From Methanothermobacter thermautotrophicus str. Delta H (GTDB lineage Archaea; Methanobacteriota; Methanobacteria; Methanobacteriales; Methanothermobacteraceae): a stretch of DNA of 32,000 nucleotides. A program made the translations under genes and the position numbers. The notes under the pieces are model-generated. The model did no database searches. It was not told the origin of the DNA and saw nothing but the letters and a program-made list of their open reading frames with translations. Positions 1 through 10,023 of this stretch are shown piece after piece; position 1 is the first letter of the stretch, and each line of letters opens with the position of its first letter. Location of the stretch: positions 480,001 to 512,000 of the forward strand of contig NC_000916.1 in the NCBI RefSeq assembly GCF_000008645.1. Reading direction: 5' to 3'.

Positions 1-483
1 GGTATATCACCCAGGGGTATTCCAGGCTACGGGTCCGGGACGGTACGGGTGGACTCAGATGAGCACGATGAGGAGGGCCTGATAACAGAGGACCTTGATG
101 TGAGGAGGAGGATGGTTGAGAAGAGGAACCTGCGCCTTGAGATGCTGAAGGATGACACCCTGAAGCCTGAGGTGTACGGTGATAACTCCTCTGCACTGAT
201 ATGCTGGGGTTCCACCTACTGGCTGGTACGGGAGGCCATCGAGTCATCCGGTGCAGATGTGAGCATGGTGCACTTCAGCCAGGTCTACCCCCTCCCCCAT
301 GACACCCTGGAGCTCCTGGAATCATTCGACAGGACCGCTGTGGTTGAGAACAATTACCGCGGACAGTTCGCGGACCTCCTCAAGCTTGAGGGATTTGAGG
401 CCGATGAAAGGTTCAGGAGGTACGATGGCATGCCCTTCAGCGTTGAGGGGGTTGCCGGATTCATCGAGGAGGTTCTCCTATGA
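1..483 (+). CDS. korA: 2-oxoacid (2-oxoglutarate):ferredoxin oxidoreductase alpha subunit, C-terminal part (5' truncated by window)
   Basis: Open frame from base 1 to the stop at 483. Contains [22 protein letters not shown] and HFSQVYPLP typical of the KorA C-terminal domain, and overlaps the korB start. Confidence 0.9.
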   Translation, partial: GISPRGIPGYGSGTVRVDSDEHDEEGLITEDLDVRRRMVEKRNLRLEMLKDDTLKPEVYGDNSSALICWGSTYWLVREAIESSGADVSMVHFSQVYPLPHDTLELLESFDRTAVVENNYRGQFADLLKLEGFEADERFRRYDGMPFSVEGVAGFIEEVLL

Positions 484-1346
484 GGCCAGAGGATTATGAC
501 ATGAATGTTGAAATTGCATGGTGTCCAGGATGCGGTAACTTCTCCATCCTGAGGGCCCTCAAGATGGCCCTTGCAGACCTGGATATACTCCCTGAGAGGC
601 TTGTCCTTGTCTCGGGGATAGGCCAGGCAGGGAAGCTCCCCCAGTACCTGAAGTGCAACCACTTCAATGGACTTCATGGCAGATCCCTCCCTGCTGCAGT
701 GGCCATCAAGGCCACGAACCCCCAGCTCACAGTCATCGATGTGAGCGGTGACGGCTGCATGTACGGTGAGGGCGGAAACCACCTCATCCATAACATCCGG
801 AGGAACCCGGACATAACCACCATCGTTCATGGCAACATGGTCTACGGTCTCACCAAGGGCCAGGCGTCCCCCACAAGTCAGCCCGGCTTCAGGACTCCTG
901 TGCAGGTTCAGGGGGTCTTTGAGGAACCATTCAACCCATTAGCCGTGGCGGTTGCCCTGGGGGCCACCTTCGTTGCAAGGGCCTTCTCAGGGGATGTTGA
1001 GAGGACGCGTGACATACTGGTCGAGGCTATCAGCCATCATGGTTATGCCCTCGTGGATATATTCCAGCCCTGTGTGACCTTCAACCGTGTTAACACCTTC
1101 CAGTGGTTCCGGGAACACACATACTACACCGATCATGATCCTGCAGACAGGTTGCTGGCCCTTGAGAAATCCCTTGAGGGATACGGTGGGGGTAGGTTTC
1201 CACTGGGTGTCATATACAGAGTTGAGGGTGAGAGGACCTTCGAGGAAAATCTCAGTGTATACCATGGGGATGCCACTCCCCTCTGGAGGCGGAGCCATGA
1301 CCCTGATAAACTGAAGCGTCTCATTGAATCAAAGAGGATGGTGTAG
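480..1346 (+). CDS. korB: 2-oxoacid:ferredoxin oxidoreductase beta subunit (TPP-binding)
   Basis: 288 aa with CPGCGNF and the TPP motif [15 protein letters not shown]...[15 protein letters not shown]; 4-nt overlap with korA. Confidence 0.95.
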   Translation: MRPEDYDMNVEIAWCPGCGNFSILRALKMALADLDILPERLVLVSGIGQAGKLPQYLKCNHFNGLHGRSLPAAVAIKATNPQLTVIDVSGDGCMYGEGGNHLIHNIRRNPDITTIVHGNMVYGLTKGQASPTSQPGFRTPVQVQGVFEEPFNPLAVAVALGATFVARAFSGDVERTRDILVEAISHHGYALVDIFQPCVTFNRVNTFQWFREHTYYTDHDPADRLLALEKSLEGYGGGRFPLGVIYRVEGERTFEENLSVYHGDATPLWRRSHDPDKLKRLIESKRMV

Positions 1347-1387
1347 CTTCAGTCAAACTGATGTATTTTATTTAATAGGGTGATAGA

Positions 1388-1723
1388 GTGACAGCTGAAA
1401 TCAGGCTCTACATAACTGAGGGTGAGGTTGAGGATTACAGGGTGTTTCTGGAGAGGCTCGAACAGTCGGGCCTCGAGTGGAGACCTGCAACCCCTGAGGA
1501 TGCCGATGCGGTCATAGTACTTGCGGGTCTATGGGGCACCCGGAGGGATGAGATACTGGGTGCTGTGGATCTTGCACGTAAATCATCAAAGCCCATAATA
1601 ACCGTGAGACCCTACGGCCTTGAGAATGTACCCCCTGAACTGGAAGCAGTGAGTTCCGAGGTCGTCGGCTGGAACCCCCACTGCATAAGGGATGCTCTCG
1701 AGGATGCCCTGGATGTGATCTAA
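1388..1723 (+). CDS. MTH538-type TIR-like/flavodoxin-like fold protein (111 aa)
   Basis: GTG start preceded by GGGTGATA. The sequence [28 protein letters not shown]... matches my recollection of MTH538, founder of the MTH538 TIR-like family later linked to ThsB. Confidence 0.8.
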
Positions 1724-1912
1724 TTCGTTAAGTAGTAGCTACGATCAGGCTGAAGCTGTCTACGCATCCTCTGCAAGGCCTGCAGAACCATCATTATTCA
1801 GGTACCTCAGCTGATAACAGGTCCATAAAAATGATCACAATATTCAGAGGATAATAACTCCTGGTATTAACTCCTGGTATCAATAAGGTTGCCTGCTTGA
1901 CTGATGGGAATT

Positions 1913-1928
1913 CAAAAAAAAAGAAAAG
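1913..1928 (-). terminator. U-rich archaeal terminator downstream of the minus-strand gene at 1951-2607
   Basis: On the minus strand the sequence reads CCTTTTCTTTTTTTTTG immediately 3' of the stop codon. Confidence 0.45.
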
Positions 1929-1950
1929 GTTAGGGTTAGGGTGGCCATTT

Positions 1951-2607
1951 TCAGGCCGATGACTTAACCACAAACATGCCGGGCTTCCTTGAGGTCGGGT
2001 GGTATATCTTGTTGTAGCCACTGTAGCTGTAGTCAACCCAGCGCCCTCCACTGTACACCTGTACAGTGCGGTGACGTGGTGACATGCTTGTGGCGTACTG
2101 TATTATACGCACCTTCTTCCCGGCTGATGTGAGTTTCCTGTATAAATATTCACTCATGGCCCAGCAGTCCCCTATGTTAGGATCATAGCGGTATGTGCTG
2201 GTTCTGTAGGCGGCCCGCACCCGCTTCTTCTTGTAGTACTTCTTTGAGTACCTCTTCTTCACACTGGTACGGTATGTCGCCCTGACCTTCTTTCTGTAGG
2301 TCTTCTTGTACTTCTTGTACTTCTTGTACTTCTTGTACTTCTTGTACTTCTTGTACTTGTATGCGGCGTCAACCTTTACAGGTTCGGCCTTTATATTTTC
2401 AGTTTTTGTTACTATTTTTGCGTTTTCTGTTCCAGTATTTACTGCCTCACTGATGGGCACTGAACCCACAGTGAACATCAGTGCAAAGAGCACTGTGACT
2501 GCTTTGAATCGCGTAATTTTATCGCCTCCAATGTCCAATACTAACCCTAAGGTCACTAAGGACACTGAGTCAATGGTTACATCATCATGGTATATAAATG
2601 TTTCCAT
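1951..2607 (-). CDS. Secreted transglutaminase/cysteine-protease-like protein with a Lys/Tyr-rich low-complexity region; true start probably internal (near 2517)
   Basis: Signal-peptide-like TRFKAVTVLFALMFTVGSVPISEA, then (KYK)n, then DCWAMSEYL...RHRTVQVYSGGRWVDYSY, giving a possible C-H-D triad. Confidence 0.6.
   Translation of the reverse strand: METFIYHDDVTIDSVSLVTLGLVLDIGGDKITRFKAVTVLFALMFTVGSVPISEAVNTGTENAKIVTKTENIKAEPVKVDAAYKYKKYKKYKKYKKYKKYKKTYRKKVRATYRTSVKKRYSKKYYKKKRVRAAYRTSTYRYDPNIGDCWAMSEYLYRKLTSAGKKVRIIQYATSMSPRHRTVQVYSGGRWVDYSYSGYNKIYHPTSRKPGMFVVKSSA
2302..2360. repeat. Perfect 9-nt tandem repeat (CTTCTTGTA on +), at least 6 copies, encoding K-Y-K on minus
   Basis: CTTCTTGTA repeated head to tail directly visible at 2302-2355, plus a partial copy. 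Confidence 0.95.
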
Positions 2608-2970
2608 AAAATAAAAGCTCTCTGAGCTTCTTTAATCAAAAAAAGCCACCAGAATCCTTTTCTAATATCTGAATACTCTTTGAGAATCCATGACACGTTA
2701 TTTAATGAGATGGGTCCTTAGGGAATCCCATTTAAGGTTTGGGACAAAAAGCACTGGCCAATAGAAAAGCAGTGCATAAGACAAATCCGCTATAAAGAGC
2801 CATTCAAATGCCCCATTCGTGTTAAAAGAAGATCCAGAAGGTTTAATGGGTTAAAAACAAGGCCATACTTGAAATTTGAATTTAGAATTCTTCTGATGGT
2901 TTAAATAACCTTAAAACCCGTTTTAAATCCTCAAAATTAAAAATAGAATTATTTTAATGGTACTGAAAGC

Positions 2971-5484
2971 TCAGCCGGTCTTTTCTATGATGGATGTGCC
3001 GTCAGACTTTTCAACCCTGTAGATATGGTCTGCAAGGTTTTCAAGTTCCTCCTCATGGGATACCAGGATTATCTGTCTGGATTCAAGTTCATCGAAGATG
3101 TCCCTGAGCTTGTAGAGCTGCTCCTTGCTGAATCCATCGGTGGGTTCGTCCAGTATAAGTATGTCCGACCTCACATCGGTGAGACGCTGGACCACCATGT
3201 TCAGTGCAAGCCTGTATGCAAGGGCTATGCTGGTCCTTTCACCACCACTGAGGTATTCAAGGTTCTGCTCATAGCCGTCCTGCTCAACGATGGGTGTGAA
3301 GTCCTCATCGATCCTCACGGATTTACCGGGGTCATCCACCAGGACCCTGAACCATTTCTGGAATCTCTCATTGAACTCATGGTTTATCTGTGCCATCACG
3401 TGGGTCTCGATGTCATCCATTGCAGGGATGAAGTATTCATTGAGCCAGGTCACATAGTTCCCCAGTTCCCGGGCACGTTTCCTGAGTTCTCTCTTTTTAG
3501 CAATTTCAGACTCAAGGTTACCAATCTGTCTCTGCTTCTCCTCGATTTTTCCTTCAACTGCAGCCCTTCTGTCTCTTTTTTCATCCCGAAGATTTTCCAT
3601 TTCACAGATACTCTGGGTTAGATCATGTATACTGGACTCAACTTCATCCCTGTTTTTGAGTGCCTCTTCATTTTCCCTGATTTTAGCTCTCTTTTCAGCG
3701 ATGTTACTCTCATTTTCATCAATTTTCTTTAGGTTATCTCTGTATTCCCTGCTGGTTTCAGGGTTGAGTTCAGTGATCCTGGTCCTGAGCTGATCCATCC
3801 TCCCGGATGCTGCTGCAAGTTTACTGGAGTATCCTGATTCCATTTCACGGAGGGATTTCAGTTCATGCTCCACCTTATTGAAGTCAGATTCCGCATCCTT
3901 CAGTTCTTCAATGAGCTTCTCACTCTCAGCTTTACCCTCCTCAATCTGCCGGATCCTTTCTCTGATATTATCAAGACTTTCGCGTCTTCTGTGGCATTCC
4001 TTAATCCGTTTTTCAAGGTCCTCCCTGAGTAACCTCAGTTCCTCCCGTGACCTTTTATACTCTGCGATGCGCTTCATGAGTTCATTCTTATTCATGATTT
4101 CATTTCTGAGATCTGCTATCCTTGATTCAACCGATCCTTTTCTTTCACGGGCACTGCTGAGTTTATCATTTATGTAGTCTGGATTAACCTCCTGGTCACA
4201 TGTTGGACATACGCCCCTCCTTCCGATGGACTCATAGTCCTCTATCTTTCCATGTATCCCCCCGAGTTCCTGCTGGAGATCCGACACCTCAACCTCAAGT
4301 TTTCTTATCCCGGCTTCAACTTCATCCTCCGTGTATCCCGGGTCCTCAATGGACTCCATACTCTCTATTTTTGATTTTATCCTGTCAGTATAATCCTCAA
4401 GCCCGGATATTTCATCCTCTAAATCCCTTCCTGTCTTAATAAGATTTTCAAGTTCACTGACAAGGTTTCTGTATTGGATTGAAGCCTCCCTGAACCTCCG
4501 GGAGTCATCCATGAGGGATTCCCTTTTCAGCTCAAGGGCACTGATCCTTTCTCCCAGTGAATTCAGTTCCTCCTGAAGCTTTTCCCTGATATCACTGCAT
4601 TTCTGAAGTTCATCAAGGGATCTCCGGTATTCCTCCTCTATACTCCTGTTCCTTTCCATGAGTCTCTCTGAGGATGATCTGAGGGTTTCTATTTCATTTT
4701 GAAGCGATTCTATTTCCCTTTCAGCACTCTCAATCCGGTTTTTCTCTCTCTGAAGAACTTCCATCTCTGATTTCAGTTTAGCTATCTCTGCCTCGATTCC
4801 TTCAATATCACTGTCAAGCTGCTTCTTCTCTGATTCCAGTTTCTCCTTCTCCCCCAGGAGTCCTTCAAGTTCCCTCTTCTTATCTTCAAGATCATAGGAC
4901 CTGTCTTCTAGGCTCTCTGATTCTCTCCTTATTCTCCTGGAAACCAGATTTGCATTATCAGCCGCCCTGCTGTACTTTTCAAGGTCAAAGGCCTTCCTGA
5001 GCCTTTCAAGCCGGTCATTCTTCGGGGCCTCGATTATGCTCTTCATCTGCTCCTGTGGTGTGAAGACAGCATAACGGTATATCCTGCTCCTGGCCCTTGG
5101 ATTAAGGGGCTCCCTGTACCCTAGGATCTCAAGTACCTCGGCCTTCAGTTCCTTTGCAGAGAGTTTCTTCACCACCCCCTGTTTTCTGATGTAGAGTTCG
5201 CCCTGCTGAACCCCCGATGATCCCCTTTTGAGTTCCCTGTAAACCGTGTACTCCTCTCCATCAACGGTGAATGTGAGTTTGACTGAACCTGAATTTGATG
5301 TGGCCCTCAGGAGGCTGTCACCCCTCTGGTCACCCAGACCGAAAAGGGCGAATTCCACTGCAAGGAGCAGGGTTGTCTTTCCTGAACCTATATCTCCCTC
5401 GAAGAGGGTCACTCCATCATCAAACTCAACCCTTCCAGACTCATAGCTCCTTATGTTCTTAAGTTCAAGGGATCTGATGATCAA
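2971..5484 (-). CDS. rad50: Rad50-family SMC-like ATPase of the Mre11 complex
   Basis: 837 aa with N-terminal Walker [12 protein letters not shown], zinc hook CPTCDQEV flanked by coiled coil, and C-terminal [17 protein letters not shown] / LILDEPTDG. Confidence 0.95.
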
Positions 5485-6737
5485 GTACCATCACCCCCCA
5501 GATCAAGACCCAGGACATCCCCGGCATCCTCGATGATTCTCTTCTCATATTCGCTTTTGTTCTCACCGGGAGCCTTCTCATTCTCAAGTCTTCTGAGGAG
5601 TTCAACCGCAATGGAATCCCCCTCCTCCATGAGCCTCCTGTTCCTGATGTCCAGTCCTGCAAGTTTCTCCCTGAAGATCCTCCTCTCCAGCCGGGGCACG
5701 TCACTCTCCACCACCCTCACCTTCTGGATCTCACGGGTGCTGAGGCCATACCTGTTTATCTGGACAACACGGGCCCCCATCGACTCAAGTTTTTCCCTTA
5801 TACTCGCTGAATCTATGTCAGATGTCCTTCCTGAGCTCAGCTCACCACGGATCTTGAGCATCACAACCTTCCCGGTAACATCATGACCTGCTATCTCCCG
5901 CCCTATCTGGTGGTATGCGTCCTGGGAGTTCTTACCTGTGACATCACATTCAATGTACTCGAATTCAGCGGGCCTTATCTCCCGGAATTCAGGTTCCCTG
6001 GCCCTATCAGTGAATTCGACCAGGTAGTACCCCCTGGTCTCGCCCCTGGCGTTCTCCTCGAGGTCACCGGCGTATGAACCAAAGAGTGTCCCCGGGTACA
6101 CTATGGGACCGTAGCCCTCCTCAATATAACACCCCTTCCGGTGTACGTGGCCACCTGCGTAGTACTCGAAGCCCCTGGGGAAGAGGTTGAGGTCCACCGA
6201 TTCCATATCTGCAAGGTCAACCGGTTTGAACTGGGTTATGGCACTGTGGAATAGGAATATCCTGAATCCGTCCTCGGCCTCAAGGGCCTCCCTGTCAAGC
6301 TTCATGAAGTATTCAGCCTCAAGGGTCCTTGATCTGCCTGATAGTCCTGTGATCTTTGCACCGGTCTTCTCATCCACCGTGAACTCAAGTCCAAGCTTCT
6401 TACCAGGGATGGGACGTACGACCTTATCTATCACCCCGGCACTTTCAAGGATGTCTATCATGGATGTGCTGGATGGACTGTAGTCGTGGCTCCCATAGTT
6501 GACGTATATGGGGACCCCCGCCTCCCTTACCCTCCTGAGTTCAAGGGTGGCCCTCTTGACAGTCTCCATGTTGGGGATGTTGGAGTGGAAGAGGTCCCCT
6601 GCTATTATCATGAAGTCAACATCCTTCTGAAGTGCATCGTCCAGGGCCATCCTGAAGGCCTCAAATTCAAGTTCCCTGAGGTCCGGGTGTTTCTGGGCCC
6701 CCAGGTGGCAGTCTGAGAGGTGTGCGAATCTGTACAT
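5481..6737 (-). CDS. mre11: Mre11-family nuclease
   Basis: [40 protein letters not shown] and [10 protein letters not shown] metallophosphoesterase motifs. The open frame continues upstream without a stop to 7319. Confidence 0.9.
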
Positions 6738-8277
6738 GCTCAAACCTACCCGATAAAACTCAATCATATCATCATCAGTATCCTCTGATTCCAGCCCCGC
6801 CGATTCAATGAACTCCTCAAAGAGGGGTATCTTCACAGGGACTGCGAACTTTGTGAATATGCTGCTCACTATGGCCTCACCCTTATCCAGACTTGCTATT
6901 GTCCTGTTATCAGCTGAAAGGTCCTGTGAGGCACTTCCTATTATCTCGGCCCTCTCCTGGGCCATCTCATTTCCCAGGATTATCTTGGTGTTCATGTTGG
7001 CAAGGACCGTCCTGGGTATCAGGCTGACGAGCTGGGTTATTGCAATGAGGCCTATGTTGAATTTACGCCCCTCCCTGGCTATGGTGCTGTAGATGTTGTT
7101 TCCCTGCCTCTCAATGACCTCCTTTCCAAGGACGCGGGGGGCCTCCTCTATGACTATCCCTATGACCGGTTTTCGTCTGAGTTCCCCTGTGGCCTTGTAC
7201 TGCTGGTACCTCCTGAAGATCTCGGCTGAGATGACACTGCCCACCAGGAGCTCAGCCTCTCCCATGAGCCTTGAGGTGTCCACCACAACGATTCTTTCCA
7301 TCCTCAAGGCTGGCTGCAATGTCCTTTATGGTTGACTCACCACCACGCTCCCTGAAGACTCCTCCACGTGACTTTATTTTGCCGTCATCAAGGTGCACTC
7401 CGAGGATGACGTCAAAGATCCTCCGCAGCACATTGAGTGTCACCGGCTGTACACCGGGGAGTTCCTCCCCTTCCACGATCTTCAGGATCCATCCATCCCC
7501 GTATTCATTGTAGTACCTTGCAATCGCCTGTTCCTGTGCCTGTGTGAATGGTATTATACCCTCAAAGTGCTCGGGGCGGAGTGATCTGAGGTTTATGGTG
7601 AGGGTGTTCCCGCCCACAGGTGCATCAGGGGAGTAGTAGACCACATTATCTGAGGGGTGCCTCCCGAGGCCGGCCTCGTTCCTCCCGTAGTACTCATCGT
7701 GTGGGTCCAGGACTAGAATGCCCACCCTGTCCATCTCTGCGAGGCTCCAGAGCATCACCTTCACAAGGTTACTCTTACCCCTCCCTGTGGTTGCAGGTAT
7801 GAGGATGTGGTGGGTTATGGCGTCAACTGCATCGACGTAGACCGGTGTATCCAGGACCTTTGACCCGCTCCTCACGTTCCCCAGGAAGACCGGGTTGCCG
7901 GGCCTCTCCAGGAAGTCAAGGTCACCCTCCCGGATCCTCCTCACCTCCCTGAAGAATCTGGGGAGGCGTTTGGGTATCATTGGCTGGCCATCCCGCACAT
8001 GGAGTATGGGGCGGGCCTCTGCAATGATGTAGTTCCTCAGCTCAGGTTCGAGGAGCTCCACCTCCCTGCCGTATCCCTCAAGGTTGAATCCCGAGGCCAG
8101 CTCCCTCATGCCCTGGGGTATCTGGGAGCTGTACCTGAGGTCCTTGACCTGGAGTATTGTGTAGCCCTCGCCCTCTGCAACCAGCAGGTCACCGAGTTCT
8201 ATTGGTTCACCTGCCTTCTGTCTTATAAGTACCGCGGCTGTTTCGCCGCCTATTATCTGCCCTGCAGTTTCCATCAA
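6738..8277 (-). CDS. herA: HerA-family DNA translocase ATPase, frameshifted near 7292-7299; C-terminal half is in-frame with mre11
   Basis: N-terminal ORF 7252-8277 with [13 protein letters not shown] (Walker A) and LVLDPHDEY. The second half ([29 protein letters not shown]...[13 protein letters not shown]) is in ORF 5481-7319, offset by one base. Confidence 0.85.
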
Positions 8278-9338
8278 TCCTCACCTGCATACCTGTTCAG
8301 TTCATCATGGTAGTTGAGGGTATTCATCTCATCCCTTATAGCCTCAAGGACCTTCCGGTCCCTGATCTGCGATAGGAGTCTCCTCCTGTATATCTCCACC
8401 TCATCCCCTGAGACCCTGGCCCTCATGTCCACATCAACCAGGCCGTAGGGGTAGCCAGGGAAGCATGCGTCCCTTGCATTGAGGGATAGGGTTGATGCGA
8501 CCTCCATTGCCTCATCCTTCCCGCACTCGCCGAGGATGTCCATCCTGAATATCCTGCCGGCCGGGTTCAGTTTAACTGCAGTGATGGTGGTCAGCCTGTC
8601 GGTGGTGACGGCCACGGGGTGGTAGCACCAGCCACCCTCCATGTTACAGTCTGCGGCGAGTCTCCCCACAGCAGCGAGGAGTGACATCGATGTGGTTGTG
8701 TAGAGGGTGCATGTCTTTGAGAGTCCAGCCACGTGGATATCCATGGCCTCATCCCCCAGTCTCCTGATGTAACCTTTCTCCCTCTCGAATGATGCCCGGA
8801 GTGACCCGTCCCTGACAAGGATGTCCCCATCATCGAGTTCATTGAGGGCTCCTGTGGCCATGGTCCAATCCGCAAATTTTCTTGGGAGACCCTTGAGGTC
8901 TGACTCCTCAGCCCGCTCTGCATCTTTAAGCTCCAGCTGGAGGTTATCCTCATCTGGAAGGAATTCCCGGTACTCCTCCCTGAGGGGGTGAAGCTGGAAC
9001 CTGTATGTCCCATCCTCTGGATGGAACTTCATGACCGAGAAGAACTCGATCCTTGCTGGCATATCTGGCTGGATCCTCTGCTCTCCCCTGAAGAGGCCCA
9101 GGGCGACCCTGTTGATCTGGACTGATATTGCCGGTCCCTCCACTATGGGGCTGTTACCCCCATCTATGAAGGCCATGAGTCTCTTCTCTCCCTCCTGAAG
9201 GGGTATGAAGCCGTCTGCGGTGAAGTCATGGACCCTGTATTCTGATGATTTAAAGTAGGGTCTTCCCACATCCGCTCTGACAATCCCCTCCAGGGTCTGT
9301 GCAATCTTATCAAGAACATCCAATAAAAAATCCCCCAT
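8274..9338 (-). CDS. nurA: NurA-family 5'-3' nuclease
   Basis: 354 aa with LMAFIDGGNSPIVEG catalytic motif; 4-nt overlap with herA in a canonical nurA-herA-mre11-rad50 order. Confidence 0.85.
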   Translation of the reverse strand: MGDFLLDVLDKIAQTLEGIVRADVGRPYFKSSEYRVHDFTADGFIPLQEGEKRLMAFIDGGNSPIVEGPAISVQINRVALGLFRGEQRIQPDMPARIEFFSVMKFHPEDGTYRFQLHPLREEYREFLPDEDNLQLELKDAERAEESDLKGLPRKFADWTMATGALNELDDGDILVRDGSLRASFEREKGYIRRLGDEAMDIHVAGLSKTCTLYTTTSMSLLAAVGRLAADCNMEGGWCYHPVAVTTDRLTTITAVKLNPAGRIFRMDILGECGKDEAMEVASTLSLNARDACFPGYPYGLVDVDMRARVSGDEVEIYRRRLLSQIRDRKVLEAIRDEMNTLNYHDELNRYAGED

Positions 9339-9370
9339 GTGAATGTTTAATATTGAATAGAAAATAAATG

Positions 9371-9380
9371 TTATAAATAG
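9371..9380 (-). promoter_or_regulatory. Candidate TATA box for the nurA-herA-mre11-rad50 operon
   Basis: Minus strand CTATTTATAA in a short AT-rich gap, about 33 nt upstream of the nurA start codon. Confidence 0.35.
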
Positions 9381-9445
9381 TTTGTGGTTTTTCTGGTGAA
9401 GGGCCTCAGTCGGGGCACTGCCATGGTCTCTGCTCTAGTGGGGCA

Positions 9446-9975
9446 TCATTCCTCCGGTTCAACTATAACAGCTGTCCCGTAGGCCAGGATCTCCTGCATT
9501 ATATCGGAGATTGAGTCTGAATCAAATCTCACGCTGATAACCGCATTGGCACCCAGCTCACGGGCATGATCCAGCATCCTTTCAAGGGCCTCCTGTCTGG
9601 AGTGCTCCATCATGGTGACGTACTCCTTGATTTCACCACCCAGGATTGACTTAAACCGGTCTATCTGACCCCCAAGACGTCTGCTCCTCACTGTAAGTCC
9701 ATATACAAATCCAAGGACTTCAACGGCCCTGTAGCCAGGGACATAGTTGCTTGTGACGTATATAACGTCCCGGTGTTCTTCAACCACCGCAGGTTTTTCC
9801 CTTTGGTTCCTTCCAGCCTTGTACGGCACTCGTCGCAGAAGTTGGAGTCAGCTCCATACTCCTTGCCACAGTTTGGACAGAACTTCTCAGCTTTCTCGGG
9901 CTCAGATCTCACCGTTCCAGGCCTCATACCCTTTTTCTCAGCGAGTCTCCTCTTCATCTCTTCACTCGTAACCAT
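9446..9975 (-). CDS. Zinc ribbon + YbjQ/UPF0145 domain protein, apparently frameshifted near 9794-9801
   Basis: N-part in frame of ORF 9688-10353 (MVTSEEMKRRLAEKKG...FCPNCGKEYGADSNFCDECRTRLEGTK). C-part in ORF 9446-9829 (YVTSNYVPGYRAVEVLGFVYG...ARELGANAVISVRFDS). Confidence 0.7.
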
Positions 9976-10023
9976 AATAACACCATAATTATTTTTATTG
10001 CAGCTTGTTATAATAAGGTTACC

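Noticed and set aside
354-830. 158-aa minus-strand ORF
   Set aside because: Fully antisense to korA/korB, with no coherent protein motifs. Typical shadow ORF in a high-GC coding region.
1929-1941. TTAGGG-like double repeat (ggttagggttagggt)
   Set aside because: Only two copies, in a terminator-proximal gap. A circular archaeal chromosome makes telomere meaning implausible.
2615-2970. AT-rich intergenic gap examined for RNA genes or repeats
   Set aside because: No tRNA cloverleaf, direct repeat series or convincing stem recognised by eye. A covariance-model search would be needed.
7620-7802. 60-aa + ORF and other + strand ORFs inside herA/rad50
   Set aside because: Antisense shadows of clearly identified genes, with Pro/Ser/Arg-rich composition expected from the reverse frame.
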